A stretch of 64,000 nucleotides of DNA. Origin: Bryobacteraceae bacterium (GTDB taxonomy: Bacteria; Acidobacteriota; Terriglobia; Bryobacterales; Bryobacteraceae). Location: NCBI GenBank assembly GCA_036272235.1, contig DATAZF010000327.1, forward strand, positions 16,862-80,861, written 5' to 3'. A program made the position numbers and the translations under genes. Of the stretch, positions 54,145 through 63,286 are shown piece after piece. The first letter of the stretch is position 1. Each line of letters starts with the position of its first letter. The notes below the pieces were generated by a model. It had not been told where the DNA came from. It ran no database searches and was given only the letters and a program-made list of their open reading frames with translations.

Positions 54145-54537
54145 ATGAAAACCATCAAACAGACTGAATACTTTCCCTCGGCCACCCCGAAGCAGATATA
54201 CGATGCCTTTCTCGACGGCAAAAAGCACTCCGATATGACCGGCGGAAAGGCCACCGCCGAGGCCCATGTCGGCGGCAAATTTACGGCATGGGACGGCTAT
54301 ATTTCCGGAACCAATCTGGAACTCGACGAAGGCAAGCGAATCGTCCAGACCTGGACGACGAGCGAGTGGCCGGAGGGCGCCGAGCCGTCCCATCTTGAAT
54401 GGACCTTTATCGCCAGGGAACGCGGCACCGAGGTAACGATGGTGCACTCGCACGTGCCCGATTCCCAGACGGAATCCTATCGGACCGGGTGGGTCGACTA
54501 CTACTGGACCCCCATGAAAGCCTACTTCTCAAAGTAG
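54145..54537 (+). CDS. SRPBCC-superfamily (Aha1/AHSA1-like) protein
   Basis: 130 aa. The pattern PKQIYDAFLDGKKHSDMTGGKATAEAHVGGKFTAWDGYISG...LELDEGKRIVQTW is typical of Aha1-domain SRPBCC proteins. GGAG RBS. Confidence 0.8.
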   Translation: MKTIKQTEYFPSATPKQIYDAFLDGKKHSDMTGGKATAEAHVGGKFTAWDGYISGTNLELDEGKRIVQTWTTSEWPEGAEPSHLEWTFIARERGTEVTMVHSHVPDSQTESYRTGWVDYYWTPMKAYFSK

Positions 54538-54554
54538 CGCCCCGCGCCGGGCGC
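54537..54554. terminator. GC hairpin between convergent SRPBCC and nrdR genes (possible bidirectional terminator)
   Basis: GCGCCC-cgcgcc-GGGCGC. There is no clear U-tract on either strand. Confidence 0.25.
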
Positions 54555-54564
54555 CCGAACAAAT

Positions 54565-55029
54565 TCAGACGGGTGGAAGCTGGCGCGTCAAGCTGCGCAA
54601 TTCGTTGAGGAATGCCTGCTCATCCTGAAAATCCCGGTAAACGGAGGCGAACCGCACGTAGGCGATCTTGTCCACCCCGCGCAGGCTGTCCATCAGATAC
54701 TCGCCGATTTCGGTAGTAGTGATTTCCCGGTCGGGCGAATCGGTCACGCGCGCTTCTACCTGATTGACGAGATCCGAGAGTTTCCCCATGCTGATGGGGC
54801 GTTTTTCGCAGGCTTTCAGCAGTCCGTTCAACACCTTCTGGCGATCGAACTTCTCGCGGCGTCCGTCTTTCTTGACGACCATGTACGGTACTTCGTCGAT
54901 ACGCTCATATGTGGTGAACCGCTTCTCGCAGCCCAGGCACTGCCGCCGCCGGCGAATGGAATCGCCTTCCCGGCTTTCCCTGGAATCGATCACGCGGTCT
55001 TCGATATGCCCACAAAAGGGACAGGTCAT
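54565..55029 (-). CDS. nrdR: transcriptional repressor NrdR
   Basis: MTCPFCGHIEDRVIDSRESREGDSIRRRRQCLGCEKRFTTYE is the zinc ribbon. It is followed by an ATP-cone. Confidence 0.95.
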   Translation of the reverse strand: MTCPFCGHIEDRVIDSRESREGDSIRRRRQCLGCEKRFTTYERIDEVPYMVVKKDGRREKFDRQKVLNGLLKACEKRPISMGKLSDLVNQVEARVTDSPDREITTTEIGEYLMDSLRGVDKIAYVRFASVYRDFQDEQAFLNELRSLTRQLPPV

Positions 55030-55130
55030 AGTGGCGCCATCATCGGAAGTCCTTTAGAATGCAAGCATAACAGGTGGAGCGAGCATTTCGGCCGGGAAGA
55101 GTGGTTTTGCGCACGATTAGCTGAAAGATT

Positions 55131-55155
55131 GAACCTATCATAGGGAAGCCTCGTT
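55131..55155 (+). promoter_or_regulatory. candidate ECF-type autoregulated promoter (GAACC-N16-CGTT)
   Basis: GAACC at 55131-55135, a 16-nt spacer, then CGTT at 55152-55155, 27 nt upstream of the ECF sigma ATG. It resembles the generic ECF -35 GGAAC / -10 CGT pattern. Confidence 0.3.
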
Positions 55156-55181
55156 CCTTCTATCGGAAGGATCCACGAGCA

Positions 55182-55853
55182 ATGGCAACAGCAGTGGCCG
55201 GGACGATCTGGAATGCGGGTAACGCGGCATTATTAGGTTCGCAAAGCTGGTCCGGCAAAATCACGGGCACATTGGATCCTGATTTCACTATCGTGGAGCG
55301 GTGTCTGAGTGGCGACGCCGCCGCTTGGGAAGAACTCGTGCGCGCCCATACCCGGCGTGTCTACGGACTCTGCTATCGCTTTACAGGCAAAGAAGCCGAA
55401 GCACAGGACCTTACGCAGGATGTCTTCATGCGCGTCTTTCGCGCCCTTGCGAGCTTCCGCGCAACGGAAGGCGCGTTCACGACCTGGCTGGCGCGGCTGA
55501 CACGGAATCTCCTGATCGACCATTACCGCCGCACGCGGAACGAACGAGTCACGGATTCTATCGAGGAGCAGCTTCCGCGAATCGAGGGCGGCACGGCTGA
55601 GAGCATCTCCGCCGCTCCGATGCGTCCGGATAGCGCCGTGGCGGGCCGCGAGGCCAGCGAATTGCTGCAGTCGGCGCTGAGCAGGCTTTCGCCGGAGTTG
55701 CGCGAGACGATCATTCTGAGGGATCTGCAGGAAATGGAATACCGGGAAATCGCCGAAGTGCTGGCGATCCCCGAAGGCACCGTAAAGTCCCGCTTGAACC
55801 GCGGCCGCGCCGAACTGGCAAGGCTATTGAAGAAATACCGGGCGGCCGTTTGA
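55182..55853 (+). CDS. ECF-family RNA polymerase sigma factor
   Basis: Region 2 is AQDLTQDVFMRVFRAL...WLARLTRNLLIDHYR. Region 4 is YREIAEVLAIPEGTVKSRLNRGRAEL. Confidence 0.9.
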   Translation: MATAVAGTIWNAGNAALLGSQSWSGKITGTLDPDFTIVERCLSGDAAAWEELVRAHTRRVYGLCYRFTGKEAEAQDLTQDVFMRVFRALASFRATEGAFTTWLARLTRNLLIDHYRRTRNERVTDSIEEQLPRIEGGTAESISAAPMRPDSAVAGREASELLQSALSRLSPELRETIILRDLQEMEYREIAEVLAIPEGTVKSRLNRGRAELARLLKKYRAAV

Positions 55854-55900
55854 TGGGCGGGGTTATTGTGAAGTGCACGCCGTGAAGAGTTGAAGAACCG

Positions 55901-56575
55901 ATGGAACCGAATTTGAGTTGCGCTGAATTCGAGACGCTCCTCGCCGACTGGATCGACGAGGAACTCGCGGTTCCCGCCCGGGAAGCCGAGCGCGCCGCAT
56001 TCGCGCGCCACCTCGAATCCTGCGCGGCCTGCGCGGCGCTGCTTGAAGACGCCTCATCCGCCGTGGCTTTCATGGGGCGCGCGGCCGACGTCGAAATGCC
56101 GCCGGCGCTGGTCTCGAAAATCCTGCACGCCACCAACTCCGGCTGGGAATTCAAACTGCGCGGCCGCGGCGTGAGCGGCTGGATCAATCGCACTTTCGCC
56201 CCCGTACTCCGTCCCCGCTTCGTGATGGGCGCCGTGCTGACACTGCTTTCCGCAACCATGCTCACCCGGTGCGCTCCCAACAAGACTCTTACGCCGGCGG
56301 ATCTCGACCCGGTTCACCTCTGGGCTTCACTCGACATGCGGGCTCATCGCGTGTGGGATCGCGCGGTGAAGAGCTACGAAAGCATGCGGCTGGTCTATGA
56401 AGTCAAGAACCAGATCAACGACTGGACCGAGCAACAGCGCGAGGCGGACGAGGCAGCAGCCGACGCCAAGGCGAACCAGCGTCAATTGAAACCGCTGCCC
56501 GATCGATCCCAACCTGATCGGTCTCAGGCTGATCAGTCGTTCACCGGCCAACAGAAAAGCGAGGACAGGAAATAA
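55901..56575 (+). CDS. putative zinc-finger (zf-HC2) anti-sigma factor with one TM helix
   Basis: The N-terminus CAEFETLLADWIDEEL...HLESCAACAALLED is the H-x3-C-x2-C motif. TM segment FVMGAVLTLLSATML. It lies immediately downstream of the ECF sigma gene. Confidence 0.7.
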   Translation: MEPNLSCAEFETLLADWIDEELAVPAREAERAAFARHLESCAACAALLEDASSAVAFMGRAADVEMPPALVSKILHATNSGWEFKLRGRGVSGWINRTFAPVLRPRFVMGAVLTLLSATMLTRCAPNKTLTPADLDPVHLWASLDMRAHRVWDRAVKSYESMRLVYEVKNQINDWTEQQREADEAAADAKANQRQLKPLPDRSQPDRSQADQSFTGQQKSEDRK

Positions 56576-56577
56576 TC

Positions 56578-57393
56578 ATGAACTGCGCCAATCATCCCGA
56601 ACTGCCAGCCTCGGCCTTCTGCCGCCAGTGTGGAAAGCCTATGTGCGGGGAATGCCAGCGCCCGGCCCTCGGGTCGATCTATTGCGCGGAGCATTCGCCT
56701 GTCGCGGATCCTTCAACCGCCCCGCCTCCGCCCCGTTTTTCCGATGAAGCCGGCACCGCTTCCCCCGGTAGTGGTACACCGGGTAGCGGGTACACAGGCT
56801 CGGCTTATTCCGCTCCCGCTTCTCCTTATAGTTCCCCGGCGGCATCGCCCTATACTGCGCCGTCAAATCCATCTGGTGCGGCGCCCACTCCGGTTTACGA
56901 AAGTGGATCGCACCCGGTGCTTGCCCTGATTCTCGGCTTCATTCCCGGCGTCGGCGCAATCTACAACGGCCAGTATGCAAAGGGACTGATCCACGCCGTA
57001 GTCTTCGGGCTTCTGGTCAGCCTCGCCAGCAGCACACACAACGGTTCGCTCGAGCCCCTGATCGGGCTGCTGATCGCCGCGTGGGTTTTTTATATGGCGT
57101 TCGAAGCGTTCCATACAGCTCGCCAGCGCCGCTACGGCGTCTCAGTCGAGGAGTTTTCCAGTCTCTTCGACGTGCGGCCCACCCAGGGCAGATTTCCTGC
57201 CGGCGCGCTCCTGTTGATAGGCCTCGGCTTCATCCTGCTGCTCGACACCACCGATCTCATCAGCATCGATCAGCTGGAACGTTACTGGCCAGTCGTCTTG
57301 ATCGTCATTGGCCTTTACATGCTCTATGCCAGGTTGAGTTCCGCTGCTCACCATCCCGACGGCCCCGACCGCAAGGCTGAGGTGCCCAAGTGA
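56578..57393 (+). CDS. B-box zinc-finger membrane protein
   Basis: CANHPELPASAFCRQCGKPMCGECQ has B-box-like Cys/His spacing. A Pro/Ser/Tyr/Ala-rich linker follows, then TM helices. It starts 2 nt after the anti-sigma stop. Confidence 0.7.
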   Translation: MNCANHPELPASAFCRQCGKPMCGECQRPALGSIYCAEHSPVADPSTAPPPPRFSDEAGTASPGSGTPGSGYTGSAYSAPASPYSSPAASPYTAPSNPSGAAPTPVYESGSHPVLALILGFIPGVGAIYNGQYAKGLIHAVVFGLLVSLASSTHNGSLEPLIGLLIAAWVFYMAFEAFHTARQRRYGVSVEEFSSLFDVRPTQGRFPAGALLLIGLGFILLLDTTDLISIDQLERYWPVVLIVIGLYMLYARLSSAAHHPDGPDRKAEVPK

Positions 57394-57617
57394 ACGACCA
57401 GAGCGCTTATCTTGTGCAGGCCGTCAGGGGTCCGATCATTCTGATTACGATCGGCGTCCTCTTCGCCTTCGACCGCTTTACGGAATTTCATTTTTCGCAA
57501 ACCTGGCCCGTGCTGCTGATCGTGGCCGGCCTTCTCAAACTGGCCGGCGGCGGGCGCCGCGGCTACTTCAGAAACGGACCGCCGCCGCCCCGTCAGGACC
57601 CAGGGGCGCGTTCGTGA
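57390..57617 (+). CDS. small membrane protein (LiaF/PspC-like TM hairpin only)
   Basis: The GTG start overlaps the upstream stop (GTGA). The sequence RGPIILITIGVLFAF...QTWPVLLIVAGLLKL shares a TM-hairpin module with both flanking proteins. Confidence 0.6.
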   Translation: MNDQSAYLVQAVRGPIILITIGVLFAFDRFTEFHFSQTWPVLLIVAGLLKLAGGGRRGYFRNGPPPPRQDPGARS

Positions 57618-58951
57618 GGCCACGCTCCGTCACCGGGCCGTTCGTTCTTCTTGCGATTGGCGTTTTCTTCCTCATCAACAACATCCGGCCAGACCTGATT
57701 TCGCTTTCGAGAATCGCCGACTACTGGCCGTTTCTACTCATAGGCGCCGGAGTTATCGGCCTGGTCGAGGTCCTCTTTCACGCCAGCCGTGGCGCCGCTG
57801 TGCCCCCGCGTCCGATTGCCGGCGGCAGTATCTTCTGGATCCTCATTCTCGGCATCTTCATCATCACTGTGAGCCGCAATCACAATTTTCGTTTCGGCGG
57901 CTTCGATGCTCCTGGCGTCAGCGTGTTCGGCTCCGATTACGACTACGATGTCAGCGCCTCCGAGTCGCCGCGCGGGGTGACGCGCATCGTTCTCGATAAC
58001 CTGCGTGGGAATCTTTCTCTCAAAGGCGAAGACCAGGGCGATATTAAAGTGTCCGGCCGCAAGACCGTCCGCTCCTTCAACCGCGCCGATGCCGATCGCG
58101 CCAACCAGCAGTCGCAGGTCCATGTCGAAAGACACGGCGATGAGTTGTTTATCCGGACCGACGACTTCGGTGGACCCCGCCTGCTGCAGATCTCAATCGA
58201 TCTGGACATAACGGTTCCGCGAGGCATAAGCGTCGAATCGCGCGGACGCACTGGCGACCTGACCATTGACGACGTGGATGGCCCGGTCGATGTCTCGGCC
58301 GGGCGCGGCGATGTCCGGCTGAGCCACATCGGCAAGGATGTAAAGATCGAAGCCTCGCGCAGTGGTGAGATCCATGTGACCGACGTCATGGGCAGCGTCG
58401 ATCTGCAGGGGCGCGGCGGCGACATCCAGTTTGAAAACATCGCCGGACCTGTAACCATAAACGGCGAATATGCCGGTACTCTCGAGTTCCGCGCGCTGGC
58501 CAGCCCCATGCATTTTAATTCCTCGCGAACCGAGTTTCAGTTGCAGGCGGTGCCCGGCAGCGTCACCATGGATCTCGGAAATCTCAAGCTGGAGAACGCT
58601 TCCGGACCGGTGCGTTTTAAGACCGGCGTGCGGGACATTGAAGCCGCGGACGTGGCCGGCGCTCTCGATCTGACGATTGACCGCGGTGATATTCACGTTA
58701 CTGTCAACAAGACTCCGGTGCCGAAAATGGACATCCGCACACGCAATGGCGACATCAGCGTCGCGCTGCCTGAGAAAGCCGAGTTTCAGCTGGATGGATC
58801 CACCTCACGGGGCGATATCAGCAACGAATTCGGCGGAGGCCTGCACACCCAATCGGACGGCCACGCCGGCACGATTCAAGGCCATGTCGGCAATGGTCCC
58901 TCGGTGAACCTTTCCACGGACCGCGGCACGATATCGATTCGAAAAAGTTGA
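57614..58951 (+). CDS. DUF4097-family beta-helix repeat protein with N-terminal TM hairpin
   Basis: The GTG start overlaps the upstream stop (GTGA). Repeated strands end in GD(I/V)(H/R/Q/S)(V/L/F): GDIKVSG, GDLTIDD, GDVRLSH, GEIHVTD, GDIQFEN, GDIHVTV, GDISVAL, GDISNEF. Confidence 0.8.
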   Translation: MRPRSVTGPFVLLAIGVFFLINNIRPDLISLSRIADYWPFLLIGAGVIGLVEVLFHASRGAAVPPRPIAGGSIFWILILGIFIITVSRNHNFRFGGFDAPGVSVFGSDYDYDVSASESPRGVTRIVLDNLRGNLSLKGEDQGDIKVSGRKTVRSFNRADADRANQQSQVHVERHGDELFIRTDDFGGPRLLQISIDLDITVPRGISVESRGRTGDLTIDDVDGPVDVSAGRGDVRLSHIGKDVKIEASRSGEIHVTDVMGSVDLQGRGGDIQFENIAGPVTINGEYAGTLEFRALASPMHFNSSRTEFQLQAVPGSVTMDLGNLKLENASGPVRFKTGVRDIEAADVAGALDLTIDRGDIHVTVNKTPVPKMDIRTRNGDISVALPEKAEFQLDGSTSRGDISNEFGGGLHTQSDGHAGTIQGHVGNGPSVNLSTDRGTISIRKS

Positions 58952-59060
58952 CCCTGGTTCGTTTTACGCTGGGTGACCGATGATTATCAGGATGCCTGTG
59001 CCAGATGGCAAACTCTCCAGCCAATGGATATTGACGTGACGCATCGTCTGACGCGCGAGG

Positions 59061-59398
59061 ATGCTCATGCCGGGGCTCGACGTACTTCTCTATTCGTTCG
59101 ATACTCGAAATTCGGCTAAACGTGACCAAGCCACGCGATGGCTCGATTACCTCTGGCGCAGGGGCACCGGGCTCCCCTCACAAGCCCGGGATGCCGTCGC
59201 AGTATTCGCACAGTGGCGCCCGGGCGGCATGAACATTGATCTCATCACGCGAGGCTGGTTCTGGATGGATCAGGCGCAGCTTTCTCACTGGGACAGTCTT
59301 ATTCTTGCGTCCGCGGAACGTCGGCGTGTCCGATTCTGCCAAGTGAGGATTTCCAGACGAATCGCCGGTTCGAAGGCATTCGGGTAGTCAACCCGTAA
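59061..59398 (+). pseudogene. decayed PIN-domain (VapC-like) toxin gene, frameshifted
   Basis: The ORF 59061-59387 frame reads LDVLLYSFD...LSHWDSLILASAER. The expected continuation CPILPSEDFQTNRRFEGIRVVNP-stop (ending 59398) is in a different frame from about nt 59325. The middle of the domain also looks shortened. Confidence 0.4.
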
Positions 59399-59408
59399 GC
59401 GAAAAGAA

Positions 59409-59795
59409 TCATCCCTTTTTGGGGCTGTAAACCACGCAGTCGATTTCGATCCGGATATCCGACATGAACTTGCACACCACCGTCGTGCGTGCGGGCTTCG
59501 CCTCGCCGAAGAACTCCGTATAGACCTCGTTCATCTGCGCGAACTCGCTCGCATCGGCGAGAAAAACTCCGACTTTGACGACCTCGGCCAGCGTTGCTCC
59601 CGCGCCTTCGACCAGCCGTTTGACATTGTTCAATGTCAGCCGGGTCTCATGCTTGATGTCGCCCGTCGACATTTGATTCGTTGCCGGATCCACCGGCACC
59701 TGCCCTGCCAGAAAAATGAAATCGCCCGCCCGTACTGCCGGCGAATACGGACCGCGCGGCGCGGGAACTCCCGGCGGCGATAGCCTCTCGATCAT
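59409..59795 (-). CDS. ridA: RidA/YjgF-family reactive-intermediate deaminase
   Basis: The 128-aa product begins at MIERLSPPGVPAPRGPYSPAVRAGDFIFLAGQVPVD. Its ATG lies 1 nt after the trxB stop. The longer ORF-track version would overlap trxB. Confidence 0.9.
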   Translation of the reverse strand: MIERLSPPGVPAPRGPYSPAVRAGDFIFLAGQVPVDPATNQMSTGDIKHETRLTLNNVKRLVEGAGATLAEVVKVGVFLADASEFAQMNEVYTEFFGEAKPARTTVVCKFMSDIRIEIDCVVYSPKKG

Positions 59796-59796
59796 C

Positions 59797-60720
59797 TCAG
59801 TGGCCCTCCGCTTCCAGCATGCGCTCCGCTTCGATGGCGGCCATGCAACCGGCCCCGGCGGCCGTGATCGCCTGGCGGTAAACGCGATCCTGCACGTCGC
59901 CCGCGTGGAATACGCCGGGGATATTCGTCCGCGCGCCGCCATGCGAAAGCAGATAACCATCCGGATCGAGGTCGAGCTGTCCTTTGAAAACCTTCGTGTT
60001 CGGAATGTGACCGATCGCGACAAACAGCCCATCGACTTCGCGCTTCCAGGTCTCACCCGTCGCGAGGTTCTTGAGACGCACGCCGGTCACGATGTTTTGC
60101 TTGATGTCGAACACTTCTTCGACCGCCGTATTCATCACGAATTCGATTTTGGGGTTTGCCCGCGCCCGCTCGAGCATGATCTTCGACGCGCGGAACGAGT
60201 CGCGCCGATGCACCAGGGCGACCTCCCGGCCGAAGCGCGTGAGGAAGTTCGCTTCTTCCATTGCCGAATCGCCGCCGCCGACGACCATAATCTTCTTCTC
60301 GCGGTAAAAGAATCCGTCGCAGGTCGCGCACGAACTGACGCCGTGGCCGATCAGCTTCTGCTCCGACGGCAGATCGAGCCAGCGCGCCTTCGCGCCCGAC
60401 GCCACGATCAGCGTGCGCGTCTCGATCCATTCGCCATCGAGGTTCAATCGGAACGGGCGCTTCGAAAGATCGGCGTCCGAAATCTCGCCATCGCGATAGA
60501 AAGCCCCGAATCGCTCCGCTTGCCGGCGCATGTTCTCGATCAGGTCGGGACCGTTGATGCCTTCGGGAAATCCCGGAAAGTTCTCGACTTCGGTGGTGAG
60601 CGAAAGCTGGCCGCCCACCTCATGTCCCTTCACGACCAACGGATCCAGGCCGGCTCTAGCCGTGTAAATAGCGGCCGTATTACCGGCGCACCCGGAGCCA
60701 ATGATCACAACTTTATTCAT
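59797..60720 (-). CDS. trxB: thioredoxin-disulfide reductase
   Basis: VVIIGSGCAGNTAAIY (FAD GxGxxG), redox-active CATCDG, and VVGGGDSAMEEA (NADPH site). Confidence 0.95.
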   Translation of the reverse strand: MNKVVIIGSGCAGNTAAIYTARAGLDPLVVKGHEVGGQLSLTTEVENFPGFPEGINGPDLIENMRRQAERFGAFYRDGEISDADLSKRPFRLNLDGEWIETRTLIVASGAKARWLDLPSEQKLIGHGVSSCATCDGFFYREKKIMVVGGGDSAMEEANFLTRFGREVALVHRRDSFRASKIMLERARANPKIEFVMNTAVEEVFDIKQNIVTGVRLKNLATGETWKREVDGLFVAIGHIPNTKVFKGQLDLDPDGYLLSHGGARTNIPGVFHAGDVQDRVYRQAITAAGAGCMAAIEAERMLEAEGH

Positions 60721-60787
60721 TTGGATTAATTTCTGAGCCTATCAGATCGCAGTCGGACAGGCGGGTGGCCAATTCAAGCCCGGCGAA

Positions 60788-61537
60788 TCAAAGCTCCGCC
60801 AGGCCGCCATCCGCAAACAACTCGGCTCCGACAATGAGAGACGCATCGGATGAAGAAAGAAAGAGCGCCGCTTTTGCGATTTCTTCCGGCGTGCCCATGC
60901 GCTTCAGCGCCGTCGAGCCGGCCATGCGTTCCTGCATCTGTCCGATGGCATCCTCAGCCAGTCCCATTTTGTCGAAGAGCGGGGTCGTGATGGGTCCCGG
61001 GCTCAGCGTATTCACACGGATGCCGCGCGGCGCCAGTTCATTCGCCAGAGTGCGTCCGAATGAGCGGACCGCAGCCTTGGTCGCGGCGTAAACCGAGGAG
61101 CCGGGAAACCCTTTCTTGCTGACGACGGAAGCCGTAAGCAGGATCGAACCCCCCTGCGGGATCAGCGGAAGCGCCGACTGGACGGTGAAGAAGAGTCCTT
61201 TAACGTTGATGTTGAAATGCTCATCGAAAAAAGACTCCTCGATTTCGCCGAAGGGCTGAAAACGCGCAACGCCGGCGTTGGCGAAGATAATGTCGATACG
61301 GTCGTATTTCTCGCGGATCGCGGCCATCAGACTCGAAATGTCGGCGAGCTTGCTGGTGTCGGAAGCGAGCACCAGCGCTTTCGCGCCCAGTTCCTTTTGC
61401 GCCGAGCGAATACTCTCCGGATTCCGGCCGGTGAGAACGACCTGCGCGCCCTCCTGAATGAAGAGCTTCGCCGTGGCGAGTCCGATACCCGTCGAGCCGC
61501 CTGTGATCAGTGCGATTTTGCCGTCAAGTTTTCCCAT
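60788..61537 (-). CDS. SDR-family oxidoreductase
   Basis: The start at MGKLDGKIALITGGSTGIGLATAK carries TGxxxGIG. The catalytic motif YAATKAAV is YxxxK. Confidence 0.9.
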   Translation of the reverse strand: MGKLDGKIALITGGSTGIGLATAKLFIQEGAQVVLTGRNPESIRSAQKELGAKALVLASDTSKLADISSLMAAIREKYDRIDIIFANAGVARFQPFGEIEESFFDEHFNINVKGLFFTVQSALPLIPQGGSILLTASVVSKKGFPGSSVYAATKAAVRSFGRTLANELAPRGIRVNTLSPGPITTPLFDKMGLAEDAIGQMQERMAGSTALKRMGTPEEIAKAALFLSSSDASLIVGAELFADGGLAEL

Positions 61538-61666
61538 ACGTCGAAATGATGACTCGCGCCGCGTAATGGATGCAAACCGCCAGGATTCGCAACACGATAG
61601 ACTGAGTCTTTTCAGGTACTCGCGCAAAAGCCGCACTCGTTGCGCGCCTCAGGAACGGAGAGATCG

Positions 61667-63076
61667 ATGACGCCAGCAGAGGTTTTGCAGTTCGCGAAAG
61701 AAAATGGAGCCCGGCAGGTGGATGTCCGGTTCTCCGATATCCCCGGCCTGCAGCACCACATTTCGTATCCAATGAGCGAAGTCAGCGAGAGCTCGTTCAC
61801 GGATGGATTCGGTATCGACGGCTCGAGCATCCGCGGTTGGGCCGCGATCAATGAGAGCGACATGCTGTTGATTCCGGATTCCGCGACCGCCTTCATGGAT
61901 CCGTTCATGGAGACGCCGACGCTGGTGATGATCGGCGACGTACGGGATCCACTGACCAGGCAGAACTATGAGCGCGACCCGCGCTGGATCGCCCGCAAAG
62001 CCGAGCTCTATCTGAAGAATTCCGGCACCGGTGACACCGCGTTCTTCGGCGCCGAGGCCGAGTTTTTCATCTTCGATAACGTCCGGTTCGACCAGAACGC
62101 GCATTCGGGCTTCTACTTCATCGATGCCGAAGAAGGCCGCTGGAACTCCGGCCGCAAGAAGGATAATCTCGGTTACCGGCCGCGTTACAAAGAAGGCTAC
62201 TTCCCGGTTCCTCCCACCGATCACTATCAGGATCTGCGCTCCGAGATGGTGAACACTATGGAGCGGTGCGGTCTGGTGATCGAGTGTCATCACCATGAAG
62301 TCGCCAGCGGCGGTCAGTGCGAGATCGATCAGCGCTTCAACACGCTGGTCAAGTCCGCGGACAACATGACGCTGTACAAGTACATCGTCCGCAACGTCGC
62401 CAATCAGTACGGCAAGACGGTGACGTTCATGCCGAAGCCGATTTTCGGAGACAACGGCAGCGGGATGCACGTGCACCAGTCGATCTGGAAAGCGGGCAAA
62501 CCGCTGTTTTCGGGCGATGGCTATGCGGGGCTGAGCCAGATGGCGCTTCACTATATAGGCGGATTGCTGCGGCACGCGCGCGCACTTTCGGCGATCATCG
62601 CGCCGACGACGAACAGTTACAAGCGCCTGGTTCCGGGATATGAGGCGCCAGTGAATCTGGCCTACTCCCGGCGCAACCGTTCGGCGGCGTGCCGGATTCC
62701 CATGTATTCGGCGAGCCCCAAGGCCAAGCGCGTCGAGTTTAGGCCGCCGGATCCTTCCTGCAACCCCTACCTGGCGTTTTCGGCGATGCTGATGGCGGGG
62801 CTGGATGGCGTATTGAACCGCCTCGAGCCCGGCGAACCGCTCGATAAAGATATCTACGATCTTTCGCCCGAAGAAATGAAGTCGGTGCCGTCGATGCCGG
62901 GATCTCTTGAAGAAGCGCTGAGCTGCCTCGAAGAAGACCACCAGTTCCTGCTGAAAGGCGATGTGTTCACTGAAGAGCTGCTGGAAACCTTTATAGATTA
63001 CAAGCGGAAAGCGGAGGCGGAAGCGATCCGCTTGCGTCCGCATCCGTATGAGTTTTCACTCTACTACGACATTTAG
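61667..63076 (+). CDS. glnA: glutamine synthetase type I
   Basis: ATG 61667 has GGAG 6 nt upstream. Motifs [13 protein letters not shown] and [13 protein letters not shown] are present, and the length is ~470 aa. Confidence 0.97.
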   Translation: MTPAEVLQFAKENGARQVDVRFSDIPGLQHHISYPMSEVSESSFTDGFGIDGSSIRGWAAINESDMLLIPDSATAFMDPFMETPTLVMIGDVRDPLTRQNYERDPRWIARKAELYLKNSGTGDTAFFGAEAEFFIFDNVRFDQNAHSGFYFIDAEEGRWNSGRKKDNLGYRPRYKEGYFPVPPTDHYQDLRSEMVNTMERCGLVIECHHHEVASGGQCEIDQRFNTLVKSADNMTLYKYIVRNVANQYGKTVTFMPKPIFGDNGSGMHVHQSIWKAGKPLFSGDGYAGLSQMALHYIGGLLRHARALSAIIAPTTNSYKRLVPGYEAPVNLAYSRRNRSAACRIPMYSASPKAKRVEFRPPDPSCNPYLAFSAMLMAGLDGVLNRLEPGEPLDKDIYDLSPEEMKSVPSMPGSLEEALSCLEEDHQFLLKGDVFTEELLETFIDYKRKAEAEAIRLRPHPYEFSLYYDI

Positions 63077-63286
63077 GTAGCGCGCTCGCTCGGCGCCTCG
63101 CACGCCAGTCGTAACTTGTTGTTTCTGCAAGAACAATAAGGGGCGACTGGCATTTCTGCTATACGACCCATTCAAAGAATCTATTTCCACCGATTCCTGG
63201 CTGACACTTACACTGGATATTCCACCAGAACAAAAGTGAGACAGCATTAGTATCACTTTGTCTTATTTCGAGGAGAACACACAATA

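Noticed and set aside
59409-60729. The 215-aa version of the ridA ORF (59409-60056) and a 337-aa ORF (59716-60729) antisense to trxB
   Set aside because: RidA homology starts exactly at MIERL (59795), 1 nt after the trxB stop, and the upstream extension overlaps trxB. The 337-aa ORF is antisense to an unambiguous trxB.
61649-63043. 464-aa ORF antisense to glnA
   Set aside because: Same reasoning: glnA motifs are clear on the + strand, and the antisense product is low-complexity Arg-rich.
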